NCBI GenBank assembly: GCA_043228905.1
Contig: JBHGNT010000002.1
Span: 10,788,001 to 10,852,000 of the forward strand
Reading direction: 5' to 3'
DNA length: 64,000 bases
Source of the DNA: Azolla caroliniana
Taxonomy: Eukaryota > Plantae > Polypodiophyta
Shown here: piece by piece, positions 13,635-25,542 of the stretch
Numbering within the stretch: position 1 is the first letter of the stretch
How the letters are laid out: each line of letters begins with the position of its first letter
Notes under the pieces: model-generated
Seen by the model: the letters and a program-made list of their open reading frames with translations, nothing else
Databases searched by the model: none
Told to the model about the DNA's origin: nothing
Program-made: the position numbers and the translations under genes

Positions 13635-14063
13635 CTGGTGTAGGTTCGGCAACTCGTAGCTCAGCTAGACGATGATAGCCTGGACGCTCAAATCCAGTTT
13701 GAGAGCTACGAGCGGTCCCGGGTTCGGGAAGAAAAAGCACGGGAAGCGGCAACGGTTAACCTTGGTGATGAGGAACCGTCGCCGGCCGAGGGCCAGGCCG
13801 GAACGAGTCAACCGGAGACCACTAAGACGGAGGGAGCAACGACGGAAATGCCGGTGTCGGAGCAACAAACGGAGGAGCAGCCGCAGTAGCCGCAGCAGCC
13901 ACTAACGGACCAGTCACAACAGCCATCAACGGAGCAACAGCAACCACAACAACAACAACAACCAATTCCAGATGAACCATTAGAGACTCTCGAACAAAGC
14001 ATTCTGGATATTTTGGACGAAGAATAGCAAGGGTCGGATGGTGGATTCGACGTACAAGGTACT

Positions 14064-14080
14064 GTCCCACGGGCGTGCCA
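14064..14080 (+). promoter_or_regulatory. tRNA-3'-end-like motif at the PPT position of element D
   Basis: GTCCCACGGGCGTGCCA, then TG, then the 3' LTR; no purine run. Confidence 0.8.
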
Positions 14081-14967
14081 TGTGTTACCGGCCGGCAAAG
14101 GAGTTCAGAGTGTGAAACGAAGGAGTTATTTAATTATTAGGAATGGTTGTAAGTAAGCTATTAGTGTGGACGGACAGACCGGAATCGGTATGCCGTTCCG
14201 GATCCGGACTGATCCCGAACAGGTGCGGATGGCACCGTTTTGTACTACAAACCGGAAACCTATTTAAAGGCTCGGATACAATGTAATGAGCAGCGGATAA
14301 TTAATGAAGCTTAGTATTTTTATCTCTCTGTGTTAATTGCCATTCTGCATTCATTGTTATATCTTACGCGTGTGATAATTAAGGACGATCTTGCTAAGTA
14401 ACCTAATTAAGTCGAATTAATCGTTGAGCCTAATCCTCTTGCTGTAACACCCCTTTGGTGAAGTTTCTTCCCTAGACACCCTGTGTTAGGCCATTGTCCG
14501 GCCCTAAGAGTTAACACGAACATTTCGTACTAAACGTTCTATCAAAGAGTTGTGGTTGTGCGAATAGATACTAAGTTATTGTAATCTTATCGATTTTACG
14601 CCAACATCAAGATCGTTACTTATGTAATATAGTTATAGTAGGATAGATTGACGGAAAATAAACAGTTGCACACTGAGATTTCCTACAACTAAACTTATAT
14701 TACTAAAAGTAAAACAATAGATTTTACAATGCCTTTGGTTCCTTTTTATAGGCAATCCTGAAGGACTTCCTCATCAAGAAATACATATTGCCCTATCGGC
14801 AAGAACTACAAAACTTGTAACTAATTATAATTTTCAGTATTAACTATTATTTGGCAAAATGATGACTCATCGATCCTCTTCCTCGATCTGACTTCGACTT
14901 CGATTCCGAACCTTCGACTCCGACGCTTCCCCATTATGTCCGTCCGCCCCTTCGTCCGAGTAACACT

Positions 14968-14982
14968 TGGCACACCCATGGG
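14968..14982 (-). promoter_or_regulatory. tRNA-3'-end-like motif at the PPT position of element C
   Basis: Minus strand reads CCCATGGGTGTGCCA, then AG, then the 3' LTR (TGTTAC). Confidence 0.75.
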
Positions 14983-15163
14983 CCAGGGCCTTGCCGGGCG
15001 AATCCACGGTACCCTTTTATGCCGGCTAGTTGGTAGGAAGGTCCTCGTCCAATTCATCTTTAGCGTCATCCTGCAAAATATCAAACATGGAAGGTTCGTG
15101 TTGTTGGCTCTCCTTATCTTCGTCATATGAATCTGCAGGTTGTTGTGTATCCTCGGTCGATGG

Positions 15164-16421
15164 TCATGGTGGTAGTGGTGCAACTGGCTCTGGTGTGCCG
15201 AGCCTTGGAATTTGGCTTTGTCTTTCGGCTTCAAAGGCGTCCAACTGAACAAATGTGTCGATGTCATGTTTATCGAATTCCTGCATCAGTCGACTAATTT
15301 CTTCGCGGTGACAAGCTGTCATGTCGTACAAATCATTAGCAATATCTTCTTGAATAGTTGATATTGCTTCTTCCGACATTTTGAAAAAGCCTTGTCCTTG
15401 TGCCTTCCAATTGTCCCTGTCAGCTCGTAGGAGTTGAAGTTCTGCTGATTGTGCCAACTAGGTCTTCCAACCCTTATCCATTGACTCGGTTACCATTTCT
15501 AATGTTTTGAGTTTTTGACGTTTCAGTATTGTGCGTATTTTTTCCTCGCCCATACTCATCCAGAATTGTGCTTCTGCCAATGCCTTCCGTAAATCAGTGA
15601 TTTGTGCATTGGTTGCACCCTCCACCTGCATCAGTCGTGCTTGAGCAACTAACAAGTCGAGTCGTCGTTGTTCGGAGATGCTTGCAGGTTTGCACACCGC
15701 TGTTCTAAATTTGATTTCGCGGATCCCCATTCCTCTTGCTCTCGAGCATATTTCTCATTCAGTTGAGTGAGCAGAGTTTCCTTTTCCACCAGCTGTTCCG
15801 TGCAGTATTCCTCCTGGACCTTGACATACTCTTTGAGCTCTTCGACATGTTCTGCGTGTTGGTGCGTGGTTTCCTGTTGTTGTGCTAACTGTCGGCGCAA
15901 CCTTTGAATCAAATTGTCCTTGGCATCTAGCCATTTTCCGACTTCCGTTTTTGCTAATTGTAGTCGATCCTCTATTTTCTTTGATCAGGTTTCGGCTTTC
16001 TCAGCTCTGGTTTCTGCCTCCTTTAGTGTTGCTTCTACCTGTTGTAATTTTTGTTGCAAATTTGGATCAGACTCAAGGGTCTGCTTGATGAAGTCTACTG
16101 CAACAATTCTTCCTTTGTTTTCTACAGTTGTTCTTCTGTCTATCGAAGTCGTTCTGACAACTGCTGGTTTTCGGCTTGCTTATTTGTGCATTGAGCATTC
16201 AAAATTTCTAATGTTGCCGTTGCCTTTTTATACAAATCAGCCATATCCTTCGCTGCTAGACTTGCCTTTTCATATTCTCTATGTACCTCTACCAGAGCCT
16301 CATGCAATGGTGGCATTTGGATGGCTTCTCCCTTATTTTTCACATTCCACTGTCGGCCGATCCAATCGACCTCTTGCTGCTCTTGCAATTCAACAGCTCC
16401 AGTTAATAATTTTTGGATCAT
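15164..16421 (-). pseudogene. Coiled-coil ORF of element C, homologous to the element D ORF
   Basis: Fragments 16140-16421, 15649-15912, 15458-15730 and 15164-15457; contains AELQLLRADRDNWK. Confidence 0.7.
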
Positions 16422-18030
16422 TATCTAATCCCAGTGCTCCCGTGCCATTCGCTCCGAGTAGTTCGTTAACTTGGTTTATCTCATTGTCCTGCAACATCCT
16501 TGACACATTATTTTTATTTGCTTCTTCCACCCATTCCTTGGCTGCTTTTCTAACAGCTTCATGGATTTCGCATTCTGATTGTTTACCTTTACTTTTGGTA
16601 ATGACTTGTTGAATTTCTAGTATCACCATATTAATGGCAGGTGCTTTTCCTTTGGTTTTAGACGAACATTGATTTGCATAATGTCCATATTTCCTGCACA
16701 TATAGCAGTTAGGAGTGAATGATCCACTGCCTTCACCCTGTTCATATTGGGGACATCCATCCGGATGTTCTCTCTAAGAATCATGTTGAAATTGCCGTGA
16801 TGCTTTTGGCTTATAGAATTTTTTGTTGTTGGGTCAATTCTGATAACGACCTCCTTCTTGTTGTTGACGATTGTTATCCTGAGGTGCTAAAAAATCTTGA
16901 TCTCAATTCTGTCGATAATCATATTGTCGGGCATCCTCTTGTGTTGGACCTTGATTATCATTTCTCCTATATTCATTCCAGTCATTATTCGGTCGCCTTT
17001 CCGAATAATTCTGATTATCATACCGGTCATCCTCCTGATACCGGTTATTGAACCTATTACGGTTATCTTGGTAACCATTTTCCGGAAAAATTTGTCGTAC
17101 CGGCGATCTTGCTTTGTTAAGCAAATTATATTCACATTGTTCTACTGAATGGGCCTTAGAGTGACAGATTGTGCAATGTGTACGTAAACTACACTCAATT
17201 GTCGAATGGCCAGTATTCAAACAAGTAGTACACTGTACTGCTTGGCAAAACTGTAACTCTTCCATAGTTGGCAAAGTATGATGCAATGCCGACATATCCA
17301 TACTTCTTACATTTTTTGGATTTCGACCCATAGCAATGGCCTTATCAATCACTTGCTCAATTGACTAATTTCGGAAATTGAACACCGCTAGTGTTCTTCG
17401 TAGTGGTTCCCGAAATGCCTCTAGAAAGATATCCTTTAGTTCATGATCCGGAATTGGCCTGGAAATTTGTAGCTGTAGATTCTGAAAACGAATGACAAAT
17501 TGTGACACCGTTTCATTGGGTTCTTGATACAATGCATAAAATTGAGCTATCAGATACTTCTGAGGAATCTGTCGATGAAACAATTGAAGAAGTGTTTTGG
17601 TTAATTGTTCGAATGTTTTGAACGCTCGGAAACCATTCTGAGCAAACCAATTTGCTGATTGGCCATCTAATGACAAAACAAACTCAGCTATTTTAGACTT
17701 ATCCTCGGCTACGGCTGATAGTCGCTAAGTTCCATGGTTTATTTCCCATGTTGTTAAGAAATCCCTAATATGCGCGTCTGCATCAACGCCTTCTCGAAAT
17801 TTCGAGTAAGGGTAAGGCATCTTTTCTTCACTCCAGATATCATAAAATAATACAGCTTCCGACTGATCTCCGTCTGACTGACTGTCAGTTAAGTCGGGAA
17901 CTGAAGACCACCTCTTACCTGTTTCTTGTTGTACCACCGCAGCAGAATCCTCTTCGACAAACATTGTAACCAAACGTGTACAAGGACGTTTACGATCGAC
18001 TAGTGTATCTGGTTTAGATGACGACATCAA
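16390..18030 (-). pseudogene. Gypsy-type gag of element C with three CCHC zinc knuckles
   Basis: Retrotransposon-gag motif QEPNETVSQFVIRF; knuckles CTTCLNTGHSTIEC, CTICHSKAHSVEQC and CYMCRKYGHYANQC; stops and frameshifts. Confidence 0.85.
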
Positions 18031-19250
18031 TTCGACTTGTTCTCGCTAATTGCAGATGTAACAGGGCGCGCCAAAATTACACTGTGTTGTTCGGCCGACA
18101 ACCGACTCTGTTGCCGACACACATCGGAGTTCAAACGTTTCATACTGAATGTTCTATCAAAGAATTGTGGTTGTGCGAATAGATACTAAGTTACTGTAAT
18201 CTTATCGATGTTACGCCAACATCGAGATTGTTACTTATGTAATACAGTTTTAGCAGGATAGATTGACGGAAAATAAACAGTTGCACACCGAGATTTCCTA
18301 CAACTAAACTTATATTACTAAAAGTAAAACGATAGATTTTACAATGCCTTTGGTTCCTTTTTATAGGCAATCCTGAAGGACTTCCTCATCAAGAAATACA
18401 TATTGCCCTATCGGCAAGAACTACAAATCTTGTAACTAGCTATAATTTTCGGTATTAACTATTATTCGACAAAATGATGACTCATCGATCCTCTTCCTCG
18501 ATCCGACTTCGACTTCGATTCCGAACCTCCGACTCCGACGCTTCCCCATTATGTCTGTCCGCCCCTTTGTCCGGGTAACATACGTGACAAAGGTGCTCTA
18601 GAGGTTCAACATGGAAAGCGTGAAGTCGGTCAGCTCAACACTCTTGACCAATAGCAAGCTATCTGGAAGACAAAGTCTGAAGACAAAGGCGGAAAAGGCT
18701 AAGATGATGAAGGTACCCTACGCCTCATTAGTCGAGAGCCTGGTGTATGTGATGGTATGTACTAGGCCAAATATCGGATATGTTGTCGGATTTGTCAGCC
18801 GATTTATGAGCAATATGGGCAAAGAGCATTGGGCAGTAGTGACATGGATACTTCGGTACTTGAGAAGCACCTCAAGCATGTGCCTCTGATTCAGCTCAAG
18901 TAACCCCATATTAGAAGATTTCATTTACTCGAACATGTCGGCTGATGTAGATACTGGTCGGTCCACGTCCGGATATGTGATGACACATGCACGGGAAGTC
19001 GTCTCGTGGTTGTCGAGGCTACAGAAGGCCATGGAAACGGAGTACATAGCTGTTGTAGAAGCCAACGAGGAGGTAATCTGGATGAAGGAGTTCATTGGAG
19101 AGCTGGGAATTCAGAAAGAGGAATTCTGACTTTACTGTGACAACCAAAGTGTCATCCACCTTGCGAAGAATGTCGCCTACCACTAGAGGACCAAGCACAT
19201 CTACAGAAGATACCATTGGCTCCGGGAGAGGGTAGAAGAAAAGGAGTTTT

Positions 19251-22200
19251 CTCACACGAGCATTTGACACTAACTACGAGACTATAACTGCCTAGTAGTC
19301 TAACCTATACTAGGGTTCTAGTTACGGATTGGATCCGGCATACCGGCTCCCCAGCTCACCGGTCCTTACTACTTACCGGCTCGGTTGCTCACCGGCATAC
19401 CGATTCATCTCGCTTACCAGCTCAGGCTTATTCAGCCGATCCGGTTCCGGTTGAGCTTGCCGCTCAACACTCCCCCTCAAGCTCAACCTGAGTTAGGGTC
19501 ATATTGTCAACCTCTGTGGTAGCCGGTTCTTCCAACCGACTTCTCCTGGCGTCGCTTCGCCTTGCTCGCGCTCCTTGTCCGGTCCCGTCCCGTTTTCCGT
19601 GACCCCTTTGGTTCTGCGCGCCTCAACCTTCGGCATGTCTGCTCAATAGGCCCATATCAGCTCCTTCGCTGCTATGACTCCGGCGCTTGCCGATCCGTCG
19701 GTTCCACCGCGATGGCATCGACTTCCGTTGCATCCGTGTCTCCTTGGCCTCTCGTTGATCCGACTCATCCGGATCTGTCTGTTGATCCGAATCGGCTGTC
19801 TTCGACTCGTTCCAACTCTTGTCTAAACTGGTATCCTCCGATTCGATTTTCGGCTTCAGGCCTCTCACCACATTGAACCACGTCCGGATCTTGGCCTTCT
19901 CCGTGCTTCCCTTGGCTTCTTCAGCCGGTTCACCGAAGTCGAATTCTTCATTTGACTCCGCATCATGGCCATTACGATCGTGATGACCTCCGCATAGCAT
20001 GCACTTCTCTTCCTGAGTGTACACTTCTTCTTCACAACCGCTTACTCTGACCTGTTCGGATGTGCCGACTTCCTTCGTCGACTCGGCTTCATTTTTCTTC
20101 TTGTCTCCACCTCTACCAGTTCTTCTCTTACCTACGAGTTCAACAGTTTTTTTGCCTTTGCCCATTTCGGTAGTGTCTTTGCCCTTGCGTCTCCCCCTCA
20201 AGTGCGCCACGTCGAGATGCTAAACACCAAGCATTTCGGTAAAGTGATGCAACTTGTCTGACCTGAGCGGCTTGGTGAAGATGTCGGCAGCTTGCCGATC
20301 CGTGTGAACATACCGTAGTTCAACTTCACCACTCAGGACCCGCTCACGCACGAAGTGATAATGCACTTCTATGTGCTTTGTGCGAGCATGGAACACAGGG
20401 TTCTTGGTGAGCTGCGTGTTGCTGAGGTTATCGCAGTAGATCAAGATCGGGGTCGGCACCTCGATCCGCAGGTCTTGCAGTAGTTGCCGAAGCCAAATGG
20501 CTTCGCAGGTGGCAATGGTCACACCCCGGTATTCAGCCTCAGTGCTGGATAGAGCCACTGTTGGCTGCTTTTTGTTGCTCCACGCAACAGCCGTGCTCCC
20601 AAGAGAAAACATAAAGCCGGAAGTTGAGCGAAGATCCGTTCCATCGCCAACCTAGTCGGCATCCGTCTAGCCAACAAGCTCTTCGGTTATACCTTGCCGG
20701 TATAAGAGCCCCTGGTCCTTAGTACCGCTTACATACCTCAATATCCGTTGCGCGCACTGAAGGTGCTCCACGGTCGGCTTCTACATGAATTGGCTTACCA
20801 CTCCAACTGGATAGCTAATGTCGGGTCGGGTGATGGTCAAGTAGATCAGGCTTCTGAGTATTTGTCGGAACCGTTTCTCATCGCAGGTTGGTTCGGAGTT
20901 GGGATGGATCTTCTGATTCCAGTCCAGGGGCGTGGAGACAGGTCGGCATCCCGTCATGCCGAACTTGTACAACATATTCAACACATAATGGCGTTGAGAA
21001 AGCAATATGTCGTCGGGGGTGCGGATCACCTCGATCCCCAAAAAATAATGAAGGTCCCCCAAGTCCTTCATATCGAATGCGTCTGACAACTGGGACTTGA
21101 CGCGGTTGATTTCCGGAAGACCTGGGCTGGTGATGACTAAATCATCAACATAGAGTAAGATACATACCGGACCGTTTGAGCCTTGACAGATGAACAGGGA
21201 AGAGTCCGACTTAGAGGCAACAAACCCCATCTTTCGCAACCGGTGCGTGATCTTAGCATTCCAAGCACAGGGGGCTTGCTTCAAGCCGTACAACGACTTC
21301 CTCAATCGGCATACCGCCGACTTGTTCACCTCCGACTGAAATCCGGGGGGCTGAGTCATAAAGACTTCTTCTTCAAGATCTCCTTGAAGGAAGGCATTCT
21401 TCACATCCATCTGATGAAGATGCCACCCCCTTGCCGCAGCAACCGCCAGTACCACACGAACCGTTGTCATCTTCGCTACAGGAGCGAAGGTCTCATCGTA
21501 GTCGATTCCATGGATCTGCGCATATCCCTTCACCACTAACCGGGCCTTGTACCAGTTAACTGTACCGTCGGCATTGTACTTTACCTTGTACACCCACTTG
21601 CATCCGATCGGTTTATAGTGATGAGGAGGGTCAACCATGTCCCAAGTTTCGTTGGCATCCAGTGCCCGCATTTCTTCCTTCATAGCGGCACGCCAATTTT
21701 CGTCCTTTGCCGCTTCTGCGTAGCTCTCCGGCTCACACACTTCCGCGACCTTGGTCATGTACGCATAATGATGCGCCATGTACTCGTTATACCCGTACCG
21801 TTTAACAGGATCCTTCTAGCGGGTGGACCGGCGTAACTCACCGTTACCCGGTATGAGACCCTTCTTGGCCGGTTCGGTCTTCATTCCCGAAGATCTGCCT
21901 ATGTCCTTGCTGAAGTCAGATACGCACCGATCCGACTCATCATTGTCGGTCTCGAATTCCGGCATCTTCTGCTTCCCTTTCTCTTTGCGTGTCAACCGTC
22001 TCCTCGGTTCCTTGCGTGGGGAGAGCACAACAGAGTCCCCACTACTCACCGTCTCATCATTCGACTGGTTGGACTGATCCAGTCTCTCATTCGGTCAGCT
22101 TAACCGGAATGATTCCGGACTCTCATCTTGAGTCCCGGCTTCATCTTTCTCTACCTACGCCGGTTCAGGCTGACTAGCCCCATCCTCCAACATTGGGTCG

Positions 22201-25008
22201 GCATCGGAAGTCAGAGTTGGTAAGGAATACCACGATGCCGATTCATCAAACTCGACATCTCGCTGACTCAGACCTGCTTCGTCCGGGGGTTATAACACTT
22301 ATCCCCTTTTGCTCTTGAGCATAGCCGACTAGGATGCATTTTTCCGATTTTGCATCCAGCTTTTTCCGCTTCTCATCCGGCACATGTACATAGGCTATGC
22401 TGCCTAATATCCGGAGGTGTCTCAAATTCGTCTTGTGCCCGAAATACAGCTCGTGAGCTGACACCTTGACCCCGATCCGGTTCTGGATGTAAACGGCCGT
22501 TTGGACCGCCTTCGCCCAGTAGAACTTGGGCATGCTCTTTTCCTCCAGCATTGCCCTAGCCGCGTCAATCAGCGACCGATTCTTCCTTTCGGCCACACCG
22601 TTCTATTGCGGTGTGTATCTGCAGCTGAATTCTCCCCGAATTCCTTTTTGTTGCAGATAGCTGTTGAATTGGCCGAAAAAGTACTCTTTTCCGCCATCCG
22701 ACCGTAGGCATTTGATCTTCCTCTTCGATTCTCGTTCCACCATCTTCTGGAGGCTCCGGAAACACTCGAAGACTTCGCTCTTCCGCTCAATGAGGTAGAT
22801 CCATGTATCCCACGTGTAGTCGTCGATGAAGGAGACGAAATATCGACTCCCACCAATGCTAAAATTTTGTGTCGGTCCCCACACATCCGAATGGATAAGA
22901 TCGAGCTTGTTACGGCTTCGATTTCTTTCGGTGGGGAATGGAAGCCGGTGTTGCTTCCCGAGTTGGCAGGCTTCACAAATCTGGGCTCTCCGGCCGCTAA
23001 ACTTAGGCAAACCGAAAACGACTTGTTCCGTTTGCAGGTTTTGAAGCCTCCGGTAGTTGACGTGGCCGATCCGCTTGTGCCACATGTCGATATCCGACTC
23101 GACCTTCTGTCCTTTGGCGAACAGTGCGGTGCCGACATCATTGGTGTTGAGGATAAACATCCTCCCATCTCTGCGCCCTTGCGCAATAACTTCGCCCTCA
23201 TCCTCAATGAAGCACCCGAGGTGCGTAAACCGCACCTGCATCCCCTAGTCGACGATTTGTCCGACCGACACCAGGTTCTTCGTGATCGTCAGAACATGTA
23301 ATACATTCATCAGCTTCCCCCTCTGTCCGACGTGGCTCAAAGGGACTTCTCCGACGTGCACGATCGGGTGGGGAGTGTCTTCTCCGGTTTCGACAACTCC
23401 CGGTTGATCCGGCTTCTCCAAAAAGGAGAACCACTCACCGTGGCTCGTCATGTGGTTCAATGCGCCGGAGTCAACGTACCACACTTCCTCCGATTTGGAA
23501 GTGGTCTTCTTCATTGAGTTTGCCTTGTGCTTCATCACCAAGGCTGCCCCTTACCGTTCTTGGATCCTCCTTATCCGTTTGCATAGTGCGAGCTTTGTCG
23601 GCCTTCCTTACCAGTCTTGCCGGATCCAGATTTGTCTGAATCGGCACGCTTTCTCCAGCACTCGCTTTCCCTGTGGCCCTTTTTGCCATAGTACCAGCAT
23701 TCCGTAGCGGATTTGTCTTGTCAGCCTCCGGCACCACCTTGACTCCCTCTGCTTGTGGAAGTCCCGGAACTGCTGTCGGCACGCTCACTATGCCTTCGTT
23801 CCTGCTCTTGCCGGCTGCCTCCATTGCGTGCCGACCTGCCTCGTCCACCACCCCCGCGAGACCGATCCGCTCCCGTGTACAACATCCGATTGTCTGGGGA
23901 TGCACTGGTAGATGCACCGGCGTGGTTCTCCTCTACAAGGAGCATTGATTGTAAGTTGAAAAATGAGGGCGTATTCTCCCTTGTACAAACCGCAGTCCGG
24001 AAAGCTCCGAACTTGGACGCCAGGCCTCCAAGACAAACCTGTACCATCTTGTCTTCCTCTACAGTGACGTTAATAGAGGCAAGCGAGTCACAGATCCCTT
24101 TGATCCAGGCTGTGTAATCTGCCACCGACATGTTCTTCTGTCGAACATTGCTCAACTCCTGTCTGAGTTGCAGCTTCCGGGCAGTGGTGCTTGCGGCGAA
24201 AACCTTTTTCAAGTTTCCCCAAGCATCCTTCGGTGTGTTGGCATCATGGATATGGCTGAGTAGCTAGTCACCGACACTGGACGTGAAGCAGTACATCACC
24301 CTGCTTGCCGCCTGTTCCCACACTGGGAAGTCCTTGTGTGTCGTCTCCGGTGCTGAGTCGTTCACTCCGTCGACATAACTCCAGTTGCCATGCCCAAGCA
24401 GGTACTAGTGCATCTTGTATGACCAAGATGTGTAGTTGGTTCTGTCGAGCTTCTCCACCGGGAGCGACGTAGCCATACCTCTGTCCATTTCTCCTTTTTG
24501 TGTCTGCTTTCCGATCTGTTAGGGTTTCCTTCACAAGCGTAGATGTCTACAGCAGAGGTTCTCAACCCACACGCTCTGATACCATGTGAAAGATTGCTTG
24601 CGGAAGTGTTAGAAAGAACAATACACAGAGAGAGAGAGAGAGAGAGTACGCGGGAGAGAGAGAGAGAGAGCAAGACACACTATTTTTCAAAATTATATGA
24701 ATACTCTGTGCTCTGTATCTACAACGCGCTCATCAGCACTATTTATACAAGTCCACACGGGATTGTTAGAAGTACGGTGTACTTCAATGCTCACACGAGC
24801 ATCTGACACTAACTACGAGACTATAACTGCCTAGTAGTCTAACCTATACTAGGCTTCCGGTTACGGATTGGATCCGGCATACCGGCTCCCCAGCTCACCG
24901 GTCCTTACTGCTTATCGGCTTGGTTGCTCACCGGCATACCGATTCATCTCGCTTACCAGCTCAGGCTTATTCAGCCGATCCGGTTCCGGTTGAGCTTGCC
25001 GCTCAACA
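19251..25008 (-). mobile_element. Copia element F (degenerate), 3' LTR partly deleted
   Basis: 5' LTR about 24585-25008; remaining 3' LTR 19251-19469; PBS TGGTATCAGAGC 24573-24584; PPT adjacent to 19470; gag, protease, integrase, RT and RNase H fragments 20220-24480. Confidence 0.93.
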
Positions 25009-25269
25009 CACCCCATGTCAGAGTCAAGGTTAGGAAATAGATCCCTCTGGATGGGATGAGTATGAGCCAAATCGGATGGCTCCGACCCGGAGCTGGCTGG
25101 CATCCGATCAGATGCGGAGATGAAGCCAGAAGAGGACATAACTGTAAATAGGTCTTGATATGCCTGTTGGAGGCTATATTTGTAAATAGCCTTAAAGTTA
25201 TATTAGTATAAATGTAAAACATTATGTGTGTTGAACATAGTTGTTGTATTGTTGAGCTTGTGTGTAGAC

Positions 25270-25315
<46 letters not shown>

Positions 25316-25542
25316 CAAGTATCTCCATTGTAACTGCCTCCAGGTGAAGAAAACAGACTCGAGGTTGTTGCCTATGAGACTCATTGTATTTACGCTCATA
25401 TAGTGAACTATTCAGAGTGAAGGAGAACTCCTGTGGTTTTTTTACCCTATTAGGGTTTTCCACGTTAATATCTCGTGTCTAATATTCTGATTTTCATCTT
25501 GTGATTGAATCTCGGTTGTGGCCGAGACCCATTTTTCTATCA

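Larger units (their letters stand above)
11509..14516 (+). mobile_element. Non-autonomous LTR element D inserted in the 3' LTR of C
   Basis: 434-bp LTRs 11509-11942 and 14083-14516; TSD CGAAC at 11504-11508 and 14517-14521; PBS-like TGGCGACCAC at 11950; no gag or pol motifs seen. Confidence 0.95.
11457..18580 (-). mobile_element. Non-autonomous LTR element C (gag plus coiled-coil ORF, no pol)
   Basis: 5' LTR 18085-18580; 3' LTR 11457-11508 plus 14522-14965, split by D. TSD TATGT/TACGT. TATA-like CTATAAAAAG on the minus strand of the LTR; PBS-like TGGCGCGCCC at 18064-18073. Confidence 0.92.
4610..25542 (+). mobile_element. Old copia element A, split into four pieces (4610-4826, 10212-11456, 18581-19250, 25009-25542) by insertions B, C and F; 3' LTR at about 25029-25542
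   Basis: The reading frame rejoins across insertions: PCIF|LGYGDDEFGY at B and SQEK|YVTKVL at C. Integrase, RT and RNase H fragments carry many stops. The final segment resembles B-family LTRs and ends TATCA. Confidence 0.88.

Noticed and set aside
11452-18585. Apparent 2-bp TA TSD for element C (mariner-like)
   Set aside because: Aligning both LTRs puts the start at 11457, giving an ordinary 5-bp TSD (TATGT/TACGT) with one CpG change.
20220-20222. Readthrough to a separate env-like ORF in F
   Set aside because: The TAG aligns with sense codons in G and H, and the tail has no hydrophobic transmembrane segment.
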